Sequence record: PQ724394.1
DNA from: a phage
Direction: 5' to 3' (one strand)
DNA length: 64,000 nucleotides
A program made the translations under genes and the position numbers. Positions 1 through 9,067 of this stretch are shown here, in pieces. The first letter of the stretch is position 1. Each line of letters begins with the position of its first letter. The notes under the pieces were generated by a model that was given only the letters and a program-made list of their open reading frames with translations, did not search any database and was not told the origin of the DNA.

Positions 1-519
1 CATCATCTCATCTTCATCATTAATTAATTGTAAGTTTGCTACACGGGTAGATTCAGGAAATGCTCCTGGGAACTCTTCAGGGGGAGCAGCACACAACATT
101 TTAAAGATTTCTTCCTGATAATTGTACACAAATGGTGCATCATTAATACAAAAGATATTAAATGTGCCGTAGAAGTTATAAGATGCGAAATTCCTTGCCA
201 CGTTGAAGTCTTTAGAGAAGCTCATCACGCGGTCGAATTCAATCGTAGCACCTACACACATCGTAGATTCAAGATACTTCATAGTCTTTTTAGATATACC
301 GCGATAGAGCTTATCAGGCACTACAGAAGTCAGATTCTTACGAATGATTTTGTTCAAAGTTTCTTGGATAGAATCTGGTTTATTTTCCATACACTGCCAG
401 AGAGTGCTCTGTTCTAAATCAGAATACACCTCATCAATTTCTATCTGAGTATTCTCACGGAAATCATCGCATTTGGCATTGTTGATAAATTCTGCTAATT
501 TATGGCTCGGATATAACAT
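1..519 (-). CDS. ModA/ModB-like ADP-ribosyltransferase, partial (3' end runs off window start)
   Basis: ATG at 519 preceded by GAGGAG RBS; N-terminus MLYPSHKLAEFINN...LYRGISKK; paralogous to 574-1143; YRG and S-x-S-like motifs; lies where T4 modA/modB sit relative to gene 56. Confidence 0.45.
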   Translation of the reverse strand, partial: MLYPSHKLAEFINNAKCDDFRENTQIEIDEVYSDLEQSTLWQCMENKPDSIQETLNKIIRKNLTSVVPDKLYRGISKKTMKYLESTMCVGATIEFDRVMSFSKDFNVARNFASYNFYGTFNIFCINDAPFVYNYQEEIFKMLCAAPPEEFPGAFPESTRVANLQLINDEDEMM

Positions 520-544
520 ATTATTCTCCTCAGTTGATAGAAAG

Positions 545-574
545 ATAGTACCACAAGCTTCCTTGCCTGTAAAC
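545..574 (-). promoter_or_regulatory. early promoter cassette (GTTTAC -35, TAnnAT -10)
   Basis: Copy of the recurring motif GTTTAC-N17/18-TAnnAT-AGACCTATCAAC upstream of the gene starting at 519. Confidence 0.55.
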
Positions 575-1143
575 TAAAAATCCAACATTTTTAAATGAAT
601 TATTTTGTACTCGATTTCGTATGGGTCTCTTTTGATAGTTTCGATTTCCACAATCTCAAATCGTGATAGGCTAGAGACCATGAACTCACATTCGGTTTCG
701 ACCATATCATAGAGGTCAATACGGGTTTCATCTATTTCAAGTTCGTCTACATTCCCTGCAAGAACAAGGTCAATAGCGTGGTTGTAGTAGTCAAAAATGA
801 AGGGTGCATTCCTGAGACTTAAAATAGTTTTGGTTCCATATTCCCATGCCCCTGCGAACTGACGAGCCTGAGAGTATTGTGTACTAAAAGAAGTAACCCG
901 ACCAGGAGACCACTGACATCCGACAGAAAGAACTTCAAGTTGTTCAAGTTCCATAGGGGTAATCCCACGATAAAGCTCTACAGGAACGACTGAAGTAACA
1001 TGCTTACGAACTAGTTTGTCTAGGTCGTAATGGAGGTTAGGGTCTTTTTTGGCATCCAGACATTTCTCTAACAACGCTTGTTCAGATTTTGAAAATTTGG
1101 AATTGATTCGGTCTTGATAAAGGCATTTTTGTTCGATGTTCAT
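574..1143 (-). CDS. ModA/ModB-like ADP-ribosyltransferase (R-S-E type candidate)
   Basis: 189 aa; LYRG, SFSTQ and ECE motifs; tandem paralog of the upstream ORF. Confidence 0.5.
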   Translation of the reverse strand: MNIEQKCLYQDRINSKFSKSEQALLEKCLDAKKDPNLHYDLDKLVRKHVTSVVPVELYRGITPMELEQLEVLSVGCQWSPGRVTSFSTQYSQARQFAGAWEYGTKTILSLRNAPFIFDYYNHAIDLVLAGNVDELEIDETRIDLYDMVETECEFMVSSLSRFEIVEIETIKRDPYEIEYKIIHLKMLDF

Positions 1144-1198
1144 ATGACCTCCAGTGATTTAGAGGTCATTATAACACGAAGGGAAGGGTTGTAAAACT

Positions 1199-1387
1199 TT
1201 ATTTTACCCAAGGAGCCCAGGGTGGAGGGTCTTGATAGTAAGAAGCTAGGTCGGCCAGGGCATCTTTAGGCAACTTAAAGCCGTGCTTCTGTATAATCAT
1301 ATCAAGTTCATTGACAAGGTCAATAGGCGGCTCCTGAGTTGTTTCAGGCTCAGGGTCCGGAATGACGAACATATCAAATAAGTCCAT
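1199..1387 (-). CDS. hypothetical protein (62 aa)
   Basis: ORF in the minus-strand early gene series, start overlaps next gene stop. Confidence 0.35.
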   Translation of the reverse strand: MDLFDMFVIPDPEPETTQEPPIDLVNELDMIIQKHGFKLPKDALADLASYYQDPPPWAPWVK

Positions 1388-1878
1388 TAGTAACCACCGA
1401 TAGGACCATAACCATACATACGAGCTCGTAACTTAGCATCACGAATAGCTTCTTCGGTCGGGGTAAAGCGCAGGCCTATATCAAAGTGTTTCCAAATCTG
1501 ACATTCTACTTCTATAAGGTCTTCGACGGTAGAAATCAGATAAGTACGACCTTTAAGACGTTCATTGGACATTCTATCAGTATCTTTATAGAAAATATCC
1601 GTTGTTCCTTCGGCATACGGGTCCGCCGGATAACGATAGCCTTTGATATGCAAGGCTTGAGCCACACTAAAAGGGCATCCCTCAGCAACATCAACGTTTT
1701 GATTATGGCGTACTTTCATCATAACATTTTCAGGAAGATTGATATCTTTTAAGCGCGATTCTAACTGGGTGATAGAATTCATGCCGTTGTCAACAAGGAT
1801 AAGGGCAGCCGTGGCATCATAAGGACGCGTTTGACCGGATGAATCACGCACATGGAATTCTAGTTCATAAACTTTCAT
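1387..1878 (-). CDS. hypothetical early protein (163 aa)
   Basis: Long ORF, same strand as neighbours, ATGA-type coupling with the upstream gene. Confidence 0.5.
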   Translation of the reverse strand: MKVYELEFHVRDSSGQTRPYDATAALILVDNGMNSITQLESRLKDINLPENVMMKVRHNQNVDVAEGCPFSVAQALHIKGYRYPADPYAEGTTDIFYKDTDRMSNERLKGRTYLISTVEDLIEVECQIWKHFDIGLRFTPTEEAIRDAKLRARMYGYGPIGGY

Positions 1879-2028
1879 TATGTTTTCCTCTTTTTAGTTT
1901 ACCTACTAAAGGGCCATCCGGAATTTTATTTTCCTGGATGTATTTCTCGTTTTCTTCCATCATTTTACTACCAATTTTAAGAAGCAAATCCATTGCCTCT
2001 TTAGTACGTGCTTCAGCTTCTTCAATAG

Positions 2029-2229
2029 TCATGATTTATCCCCATAGATATCACGCATAATCCTAAGGGCCTCGCGCTCTAATTTCTTTTCGCGCTCTTC
2101 ACGGATACCTTTAAGAATCCATTCCTCGGATTCATGTTTCATTTCTGCGTTAGCTTGGTCTAACCAACCGTCATCAAGATAATCTCCAGGACGGTCTAGC
2201 CAATCTTTAAGCCATGATAAAGGTTTCAT
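2029..2229 (-). CDS. hypothetical protein (66 aa)
   Basis: ORF coupled to 2229-2576. Confidence 0.35.
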   Translation of the reverse strand: MKPLSWLKDWLDRPGDYLDDGWLDQANAEMKHESEEWILKGIREEREKKLEREALRIMRDIYGDKS

Positions 2230-2576
2230 TAATCACACGAGCTTGACGAAGAGTCACAGCTTCCTGAGTCAGAATAAGACGAATCGCCGGTCCAAGAACT
2301 AACGGCAGCCGCTACTACAATAGGAGTGGTATCAATATAATTTTGCCTTTGCGCTCGCTCGTCTTTTAATTTTTCTAAACGGGCCTTTAATTTGTCGGCA
2401 TTTAAGCTCGAAGCGTGAGACCCAACATTGCCTGCTTTTTCAGGCTGACGGATAACTTCTTCCATCATACCGTCACCCATATAAACATATTCTCTTAGCT
2501 TGACATCTGAAGGCCTGATAGGGACCATGCCTTCACCTGGTTTAGTCTTGAAAAAATTCTTAAGCCAATTAATCAT
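2229..2576 (-). CDS. hypothetical protein with Ser-rich C-terminus (115 aa)
   Basis: ORF; C-terminal SSYSDSGSCDSSSSSCD low-complexity tail. Confidence 0.4.
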   Translation of the reverse strand: MINWLKNFFKTKPGEGMVPIRPSDVKLREYVYMGDGMMEEVIRQPEKAGNVGSHASSLNADKLKARLEKLKDERAQRQNYIDTTPIVVAAAVSSWTGDSSYSDSGSCDSSSSSCD

Positions 2577-2782
2577 AGGAAACCTCGTTTAAATTCAACT
2601 TTATCAATATCATCGGTCTCGTGACGGATTTCGGCGTTAAATTCGATAGAACCGTCTTCATGCATCATAAATGAATGGACAATAACTTCGGTATACCAAG
2701 GAGTATAGAAGTACTTTTTCAATACGTGATTAGCGATAATTTCATCCAAAGTTTTATTTGGTTTAATCCAACGATTTAACAT
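2573..2782 (-). CDS. hypothetical protein (69 aa)
   Basis: GAGGAG RBS upstream of ATG at 2782; early promoter cassette immediately upstream. Confidence 0.45.
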   Translation of the reverse strand: MLNRWIKPNKTLDEIIANHVLKKYFYTPWYTEVIVHSFMMHEDGSIEFNAEIRHETDDIDKVEFKRGFL

Positions 2783-2808
2783 AGTGTTCTCCTCTATAAG
2801 ATACGTCT

Positions 2809-2838
2809 ATCTTAACATGGTCTACTCGTAAAGTAAAC
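2809..2838 (-). promoter_or_regulatory. early promoter (GTTTAC-N18-TAAGAT)
   Basis: -35 GTTTAC at 2833-2838 with -10-like hexamer; upstream of gene 2573-2782. Confidence 0.5.
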
Positions 2839-2848
2839 TACTAAAACG

Positions 2849-2870
2849 AAAAAAGGAACCCGAAGGTTCC
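2849..2870 (-). terminator. intrinsic terminator
   Basis: GGAACC-TTCG-GGTTCC hairpin followed by T-run on the minus strand, after soc. Confidence 0.65.
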
Positions 2871-2876
2871 TTATAA

Positions 2877-3110
2877 TTAAACAATATCAGTTGGCGTAAA
2901 CATCGCCTCGTTCTTGGCCTTCCAGTCGGCAGCATCAGTCACTACCGTAGAATATGCTGCCTTTTCAGATGGGAAAGTCTGATAATGCGCATTAGCAATA
3001 CGATGTGCATCGGAATAGATTTCAAACGGAACTGAAACCTCAGTACCTTTAACTTCTTTACCTTCACCAGCTGCATGCGTAAAGGTTTTGATATTAACGA
3101 AACCACCCAT
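2877..3110 (-). CDS. soc: small outer capsid protein Soc
   Basis: 77 aa; recognisably similar to T4 Soc (VNIKTF...HYQTFPSEKAAYSTV); TATAAATA late promoter upstream; hairpin terminator downstream. Confidence 0.8.
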   Translation of the reverse strand: MGGFVNIKTFTHAAGEGKEVKGTEVSVPFEIYSDAHRIANAHYQTFPSEKAAYSTVVTDAADWKAKNEAMFTPTDIV

Positions 3111-3141
3111 AATTAACTCCTTTGTTGTTTAATTACAGGTG

Positions 3142-3149
3142 TATTTATA
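3142..3149 (-). promoter_or_regulatory. late promoter (TATAAATA) for soc
   Basis: Exact TATAAATA about 32 nt upstream of the soc ATG. Confidence 0.6.
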
Positions 3150-3291
3150 ACTTACAATTTGGCTGCTTTCCAAAGTTGTTCAATAATCTCTTGGTCTATT
3201 TCTTTAGTTATTTCATTACGTAATAAGGCAGTAAGGGCTTTCGCCCTTTTCTTATTCAACTTTTTGAGTTGTCGTTTATTTAAACGAGGCA

Positions 3292-3813
3292 TTAATAACC
3301 TCGGTCTTGACGAGCAAAGTTCTCGGCATTTTTCAGATAATACAGTTTAAAGATTTCTTCAGCAGTCAGACCAAGACCTTGGAACATATTCAGAACAAAG
3401 TGAAGAATATCAATCATCTCGAATTTAATTTCGAGCTGGTCTTCAGGAGACAACTCGTCAATACGACGGTTACGGAATTCACCGTGTTGAGCTTTCCAAG
3501 GCTTCCACACACTAGAGGCAGCTTTTTCGCCATTACTCATACCGCCAAGAGAAGTCAGCAGTTCACGGAATTCATCATCAATATAATCTTTCTGGTTGCG
3601 AAGCCAGTCGACAACTTGACCAGCCGTAGCTAGTTCATCGGGATTGGTGTTGAATTCTGATTTTTCAGTGGCCAGACGAACCTGTAATGATTTCTGCATA
3701 TCAAGCATAACTTGCAGAGGGTCTTTATCTTCGTGAATCAGAGCATTAAAATAAGCTTCTTCAGCTTTATCAACACCAGCAATAAGTTGAGAACATTCAT
3801 TAAAATGAGCCAT
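3292..3813 (-). CDS. 56: dCTP pyrophosphatase (dCTPase, MazG-like)
   Basis: 173 aa, same size and position as T4 gp56, adjacent to primase gene 61. Confidence 0.85.
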   Translation of the reverse strand: MAHFNECSQLIAGVDKAEEAYFNALIHEDKDPLQVMLDMQKSLQVRLATEKSEFNTNPDELATAGQVVDWLRNQKDYIDDEFRELLTSLGGMSNGEKAASSVWKPWKAQHGEFRNRRIDELSPEDQLEIKFEMIDILHFVLNMFQGLGLTAEEIFKLYYLKNAENFARQDRGY

Positions 3814-3904
3814 TATATTTTTCCTTTTTCAATTCATTAATAAGTTAGATAATTATAAACTGCTAGATTAAAGCGAATAAATATTAATTTAACAGGAGGA
3901 TAAC

Positions 3905-4105
3905 ATGGGCAGTATTTTTTACCAAATCTGGAAATTGGCAGAAAAGAAAGACAAGAAAATGATGTTAGGTTTTCTTGCGCTAGACGTATTCCTTTGGAAT
4001 CTTCTAGTAGTCCCTGTAGCCGCTAGCCAAGGGGTAGTTTTACCAGCGGTTACAATGGAACACGTGTTAAGCATAATTGGATTCTTTAGCGGAATCCCTG
4101 CTTAA
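3905..4105 (+). CDS. hypothetical small hydrophobic protein (66 aa), opposite strand
   Basis: Strong AGGAGG RBS 7 nt before ATG at 3905; hydrophobic segment; sits in the 56-61 intergenic gap. Confidence 0.35.
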   Translation: MGSIFYQIWKLAEKKDKKMMLGFLALDVFLWNLLVVPVAASQGVVLPAVTMEHVLSIIGFFSGIPA

Positions 4106-5130
4106 ATCTTGGAATATTTAGAAAGTCTCATTTTTGCCATTAGACCTTGGGCTATATTAGCTTTCATATATGCCAATACATCATTTATATCAGCTTTATC
4201 TTTCATAACCATATCATTTATATCTTTAGAAGGCCATGGAGCCTTGTCCCAGAATAGAACCCTTTCACCGGCATCAACTAGGCGTTGCATACGTTTAATT
4301 GTGTCAGGATGACGGGGTTCATTGTCCATTACCCAGGCACGAGTTTCTTTACATGGAACCATAGCCAAGTCCAACGACCCACCAGTAATTGCTATTGCGT
4401 TAGGTACGAATAATGAATCAATAGGACCTTCCATTACCCACACCAATTGACGTTCGTCAACTGTATCCATTCCATATATTTTTGTAGCTTGGTCATGAGC
4501 TTTTATTGTAATATATTTTTGTGGAGCATCTTTACGCAAGGCTCGACCCTGGAAACTTTCTATTTGTTTATCCTTATTGAAAATAGGAATAACCAAACGA
4601 GGCTCAGGCATTTCTTTAGAATAGGTCCCTGGATTCACTGAGTTAACCAATGCAGGCCATTCTTTAGTAAACCATAACCGATTCCATTTATTTTCAGGAA
4701 TGCACCGCAGAGTTACATACTTAATAATAGGATGGTCTTTCGGCATTCTATCTAATCGTTCACAGAAATTAAGCTTTTCGATTACGGGCATCTTAGCTTT
4801 AATTTTTTCAGATATCTCCACCTTAGGTGCAGCTTGTCTCCCGAACGATTGCTCTTTATGTTTCTCAAGAATATATTCGCGATATAAATCAGGCTCATAT
4901 TCGTATAGGTACTTCTTAATTCCTGCCGAATAATCACAGTTAAAACAGTGTAGCATTACAGAGCCGTCATTGGCCGGATAGGCCCAGAATCGAGCTTTGT
5001 TTTCATCTTTTTGGGAGTCACCACATACACGGCAACGACAATTTAATTTAAAATCACTACCAGTTACTTGTCTGAATTTAGGTTGGTAATTCAAGGCACG
5101 TACAGCAAATTCTCTATCGACATATGACAT
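4102..5130 (-). CDS. 61: DNA primase
   Basis: 342 aa, same length as T4 gp61; N-terminal Cys4 zinc ribbon (CRCRVC...CFNC) followed by a Toprim-like region. Confidence 0.95.
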   Translation of the reverse strand: MSYVDREFAVRALNYQPKFRQVTGSDFKLNCRCRVCGDSQKDENKARFWAYPANDGSVMLHCFNCDYSAGIKKYLYEYEPDLYREYILEKHKEQSFGRQAAPKVEISEKIKAKMPVIEKLNFCERLDRMPKDHPIIKYVTLRCIPENKWNRLWFTKEWPALVNSVNPGTYSKEMPEPRLVIPIFNKDKQIESFQGRALRKDAPQKYITIKAHDQATKIYGMDTVDERQLVWVMEGPIDSLFVPNAIAITGGSLDLAMVPCKETRAWVMDNEPRHPDTIKRMQRLVDAGERVLFWDKAPWPSKDINDMVMKDKADINDVLAYMKANIAQGLMAKMRLSKYSKI

Positions 5131-5346
5131 TATTTTTCCTTGGGCTCTAAATTAATAGAGCCATTATATCATTCGTTTTCGGATTTTTCTTTACGCTTTT
5201 TAGATGGGATTTGTTCAGGCCCTTTGTTGACGACTGCGCCCGAGGTAGTTCCGGAGGCAATATTAGATGGATTTCCACCTGCATCGCCTGCGACCATATC
5301 TTCGTTCATAACTTCTTTAAAAGATTTCATAGGCTCCTGGCCTTAT

Positions 5347-5538
5347 TTATATTACGAAAATAGCTTTATCACCATTTGCATCAGTGACTTCATATGTATC
5401 TTCGTGGTAAAGTGGAATAATCCAAGTTAAGCCATCACCTGCAATAATATGGATAGCTTCTTGGTCTTTTGATACGATTTCATATTCTTCGAATAATTCG
5501 AATACAGAAATCTTAGAGCCCGTACACATTGCAGTCAT
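5347..5538 (-). CDS. hypothetical protein (63 aa), 61.1-like position
   Basis: ORF in conserved position between 61 and 41. Confidence 0.35.
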   Translation of the reverse strand: MTAMCTGSKISVFELFEEYEIVSKDQEAIHIIAGDGLTWIIPLYHEDTYEVTDANGDKAIFVI

Positions 5539-5539
5539 A

Positions 5540-5980
5540 TTAACCTCGGTTCATAAAGGCATTAAAAATCTGGTCGTCGATTGAATAAACAGGAGCTTCC
5601 AGAATTTTCAACAGACTGTTTTTGATATACTTGCTAGGGATATCCATATTAACAGCATCGTTCAATTCATTGTCCGGGAGGATGTCTTTAAATTCAAACC
5701 CTTCAAACTCAACCTTGTCAGGAATACCATCAGCGAAAAAATAGACCAATTGGTGCATTGCATTACATGAAAATAATTTAGACCTCACCTCAATAAGTTC
5801 TTGCCAATGGTTTAATTCTCTGTTAAGAAGTTTATGGGCCATTGTAATTCTATCATCACTATCAACAAGAAAATAACCTAGGTACTGGTGGTCGTCGCTC
5901 CAAAACATCCTGTATGCTTGTGCATTTGGATTTTTACAACGAAGCTTTTTGATAACTAAATTTCTGTTAATCTTATTCAC
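5540..5980 (-). CDS. hypothetical protein (146 aa), 61.2-like position
   Basis: ORF in conserved position between 61 and 41. Confidence 0.45.
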   Translation of the reverse strand: MNKINRNLVIKKLRCKNPNAQAYRMFWSDDHQYLGYFLVDSDDRITMAHKLLNRELNHWQELIEVRSKLFSCNAMHQLVYFFADGIPDKVEFEGFEFKDILPDNELNDAVNMDIPSKYIKNSLLKILEAPVYSIDDQIFNAFMNRG

Positions 5981-6266
5981 CTGTCACCTCTTTAACAATA
6001 TTTTTGTTATCGAAATTAGCATCACAGTACAGAACATAGTTATACTGCATAACACCACTGGAAGCCAATTGGTCAGATACTTCTTTAACCATATCAGGAC
6101 GGTCGCGTTTAGTGATGTTCATGATATCAGCGTAAATCTGATGTTCAACTGACTCTTGGTCTGCAGTCATAGACCATTCACAAAGGTCTTTATCCAATCC
6201 AGCTGTAACCGGAGCTGTGCCACATGATGCTACTGTAAGGATTGCTGCGATTAATAACTTTTTCAT
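5973..6266 (-). CDS. sp: spackle periplasmic protein Sp (61.3)
   Basis: 97 aa with signal peptide; strong similarity to T4 Sp as I recall it (DKDLCEWSMTADQ...VMQYNYVLYCD); early promoter cassette upstream. Confidence 0.7.
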   Translation of the reverse strand: MKKLLIAAILTVASCGTAPVTAGLDKDLCEWSMTADQESVEHQIYADIMNITKRDRPDMVKEVSDQLASSGVMQYNYVLYCDANFDNKNIVKEVTGE

Positions 6267-6294
6267 TTTTAACTCCTCATTAGTGGATAGGTCT

Positions 6295-6324
6295 ATAGTA
6301 TCACTACCATAGACCGTTGTAAAC
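6295..6324 (-). promoter_or_regulatory. early promoter cassette
   Basis: Full conserved motif copy upstream of sp. Confidence 0.65.
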
Positions 6325-6325
6325 T

Positions 6326-6565
6326 TTATTTTAACGAATCTTCCAAATAAATTTTACGGAATTTACGTTTTGTCTGACGAATCTGACGCTTAGTAGGCTT
6401 CACAGGAAATTCGAAGAACTCTACGTATTCTTGTTCATAATCGTTGTGACCAACTGAAAGAACTAGTTCCCAGCTGCTTACGGTGCGTTGGATAAACATA
6501 TTATGCTTACCAAAAGATTTATTCCAAAAGGAGCTAGGGGTTGGCTTCATTAATACAATATTCAT
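6326..6565 (-). CDS. hypothetical protein (79 aa)
   Basis: ORF in the 61-41 interval. Confidence 0.4.
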   Translation of the reverse strand: MNIVLMKPTPSSFWNKSFGKHNMFIQRTVSSWELVLSVGHNDYEQEYVEFFEFPVKPTKRQIRQTKRKFRKIYLEDSLK

Positions 6566-6706
6566 TTATTCCTCGTCTTCATGTTTATGAGCAATTTCTT
6601 CGAATTCGCTATCGCAGTCTAAACAGGTTGCATTGTCCCAAGCATCAAATACTGCCTGGTCTTCACATACTGAACAACCACATACTACACATTCAACCTC
6701 TTCCAT

Positions 6707-6910
6707 TTAGATTTCCTCAATGCGGGCATCATATTCAAAAACTTTATTGTCATTAACAAAGGCTTTAACCAGTGCATTATTCACTTCTGCATACTGCACT
6801 GTAACCCATTCAATCATTTTTTGGTCACTAACATCCAGCGCAGTTTCTTTGGTAAACATATTACCGTTTTCAAACCAACCAATAAACACTACGTTCTCTA
6901 ATTTATACAT
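6707..6910 (-). CDS. dmd: Dmd-like antitoxin (discriminator of mRNA degradation, 61.5)
   Basis: 67 aa; resembles T4 Dmd (VVF.GWF.N..MFTKE...QYAEVNKALVKAF); conserved position just before gene 41. Confidence 0.6.
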   Translation of the reverse strand: MYKLENVVFIGWFENGNMFTKETALDVSDQKMIEWVTVQYAEVNNALVKAFVNDNKVFEYDARIEEI

Positions 6911-7240
6911 TTAGATTTCCTCACAGAAGGCCCATTCAGCGTGATAAACCGTAGCGCCTTTGGTATCATTTAAACAAACCACATCTACCGGAGCAATTAC
7001 ACGATAAAGACGAGGTTCTCCTCCCACTGAACGAGCTGCTCGTCCAGCATAAATCTTAGCCAAACCAATATCCTCAGTAAAGAACACACGGTTCAGGTTT
7101 TTCTTACGACCGGTTTCAGACAGAACTCCTGTTTCCTCAGGAGGACAAAGCATATTACCAATATTAGCAAAACTACAACTTCCGTGATAATACACTTTAT
7201 ATTCTGCTTTACAGTCGATGGTTTTCATTTTGTTCTCCAT
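6911..7240 (-). CDS. hypothetical protein; candidate Arr-family (H-G-S) mono-ADP-ribosyltransferase
   Basis: 109 aa; YYHGS at residues 17-21, downstream FFTED and PVD; early promoter cassette upstream; extra gene between dmd and 41 relative to T4. Confidence 0.5.
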   Translation of the reverse strand: MENKMKTIDCKAEYKVYYHGSCSFANIGNMLCPPEETGVLSETGRKKNLNRVFFTEDIGLAKIYAGRAARSVGGEPRLYRVIAPVDVVCLNDTKGATVYHAEWAFCEEI

Positions 7241-7253
7241 TAGTTGATAGGTC

Positions 7254-7283
7254 TATAGTATCATGCCTACAGGAGAAGTAAAC
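7254..7283 (-). promoter_or_regulatory. early promoter cassette
   Basis: Full conserved motif copy upstream of 6911-7240. Confidence 0.65.
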
Positions 7284-7292
7284 CCTTAAAAC

Positions 7293-7313
7293 AAAAAAAG
7301 GAGCCGAAGCTCC
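7293..7313 (-). terminator. intrinsic terminator after gene 41
   Basis: GGAGC-TTCG-GCTCC hairpin plus T7 run. Confidence 0.7.
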
Positions 7314-8753
7314 TTAAAATTTGATAGATGCTGCTAAATCGTCTAAATCGCTTCTATTAACACGTGACTGGCGATTGACCTCTGCTTGGCGGTTCATTTC
7401 ACCTGTGGCCTCACGAACAGTGTTCACTGGGCCTGGGTTAGAATCGTCTTCAACTTCATACCAACGTTGGTTTCCTTTCTTAACACCAATCTTAAATTTG
7501 TTGTAGTAGCTCTTATCGCCATAACGAGATTTAAGCTGCTTAATCATCTGCATACCCATCTGAGCAAACTCTTCTGTCTCGACCACACCTAACATGAAGT
7601 CTGCAGTATGTGCAATACCAAAGGATTCAGCGATATCAGCCATATCGATTTCGGCCGCAACGTTCGCACCACGAGTAGTCTGGGCTGCTGTCCATAGCAA
7701 TAATTTCTTCTCTACTGCAAGACCACGTAGTTCTTCGGCAACCATCTTAATCAATCCGTAACTGTTTTCAGAGAAAACTTTCGTACGGGATGAAGCACAG
7801 ATAGCCAAGTAGTCGACGATAACGACCTGTGGGACAAAGTTTTGTTTGAGCTTGTATTCGTTTAATAATGCACGGAATGTATCGGCATTAGCACCACCAG
7901 TAGGATATTGTTTAATCTTTAAACGACCTAAAGTAGCAGTTGAACGCCACTTATCCATCTTAGCTTTATATTCAGGCCATGAGACGTGACCATCGTCAAT
8001 ATCATCCAGTGATACATCTAGAAGGTTGGCATCGATACGCTTAGCACATACTTCCTCTGCCATCTCCATGGAGATATAAAGAACATCATAACCGGATTGA
8101 AGGTAATCAGCAGCCAATGAACACAGTCCAAGAGACTTACCTACGTTTGTTCCTGCCAACAATACGTTTTCAGTACCAAACTCAGCGCCACCCTTGGTAA
8201 TCTTATTCAGAATATTAAGACGGAATGGAACCTTACGGGCTTTATCAGAATAACTTTTAAAACGTTCTTCATAGTCATCCATCCAGTCATGGCCTAATTC
8301 AGAATCGAAACAAATCGATAATGCATCTCGCATGATATCCGGAATGGCACCAATACCTGGGAGTTTTCTATTTTGTTGCTCAACCGGAAGGTCGGCATTA
8401 GTTTGAATTTCAATAATTTTTGAAGTGGCATTATACATCGCTGCCTTCTGAACATATTTCTCTGTCTCTTTAACCAACCATTCTTGGTCTTCAGGGCCTG
8501 CATTCAGAGAATTTAAAAGCTCTTTAGCTCCTTGATGTTCAACTTCTGAAAGGGTGCTGTTATCTAATGCAATACTCAAAGCATTTTTAGAAGGCACCGC
8601 ATTATATTCATTGACATGTTTTTTGATTTCTTTGAAAAGGGTCTTTGCCGGACCCTGGTCAAAATAAGAATCATTCATATAAGGCCAGACCTTAGTGAAA
8701 TAATCACTATTGCCTAGCAGTTGAGCCAAAATAGTTTCTACCACTTCCACCAC
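7314..8753 (-). CDS. 41: replicative DNA helicase (DnaB-like)
   Basis: 479 aa; Walker A GTNVGKS; N-terminus matches T4 gp41; hairpin terminator immediately downstream. Confidence 0.95.
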   Translation of the reverse strand: MVEVVETILAQLLGNSDYFTKVWPYMNDSYFDQGPAKTLFKEIKKHVNEYNAVPSKNALSIALDNSTLSEVEHQGAKELLNSLNAGPEDQEWLVKETEKYVQKAAMYNATSKIIEIQTNADLPVEQQNRKLPGIGAIPDIMRDALSICFDSELGHDWMDDYEERFKSYSDKARKVPFRLNILNKITKGGAEFGTENVLLAGTNVGKSLGLCSLAADYLQSGYDVLYISMEMAEEVCAKRIDANLLDVSLDDIDDGHVSWPEYKAKMDKWRSTATLGRLKIKQYPTGGANADTFRALLNEYKLKQNFVPQVVIVDYLAICASSRTKVFSENSYGLIKMVAEELRGLAVEKKLLLWTAAQTTRGANVAAEIDMADIAESFGIAHTADFMLGVVETEEFAQMGMQMIKQLKSRYGDKSYYNKFKIGVKKGNQRWYEVEDDSNPGPVNTVREATGEMNRQAEVNRQSRVNRSDLDDLAASIKF

Positions 8754-9067
8754 CTCTTAGATTTAATTTTATCCAGTTCTTCTTGTATTTGCATTGTAAC
8801 ACATTTTTCTACATGAAGCGCTAGCTCTTCTTTTCGGTCTTCGGAAGGCGTTCCGAAATCAACCGACACTTTTCCATCTTTCTCAATAACAATATTCATC
8901 ACATAAACGATGTGAGCAGTGCCATCAGGCAATGTAAGCATAATTTCCTGCTTAACAGAACCCATTGACTTACGGATTATATCTAACGATTTCTCATAAT
9001 AACGAGGGTCGCTAGGACCCTCTTCAGTATCTTTAACAAAATTATCTAAATCAGATAAATCAGTCAT
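8738..9067 (-). CDS. 40: gp40-like head vertex assembly chaperone
   Basis: 109 aa ORF in conserved position between uvsX and 41. Confidence 0.5.
   Translation of the reverse strand: MTDLSDLDNFVKDTEEGPSDPRYYEKSLDIIRKSMGSVKQEIMLTLPDGTAHIVYVMNIVIEKDGKVSVDFGTPSEDRKEELALHVEKCVTMQIQEELDKIKSKRWWKW

Noticed and set aside
1486-1752. Plus-strand ORFs nested antisense inside minus-strand genes (e.g. 1486-1752, 3307-3633, 11549-11983, 12758-13138, 16261-16587, 24332-24781, 26132-26527, 48594-49181, 53409-53876, 59671-60009)
   Set aside because: Antisense to well-supported genes, no RBS, low-complexity translations; treated as spurious.
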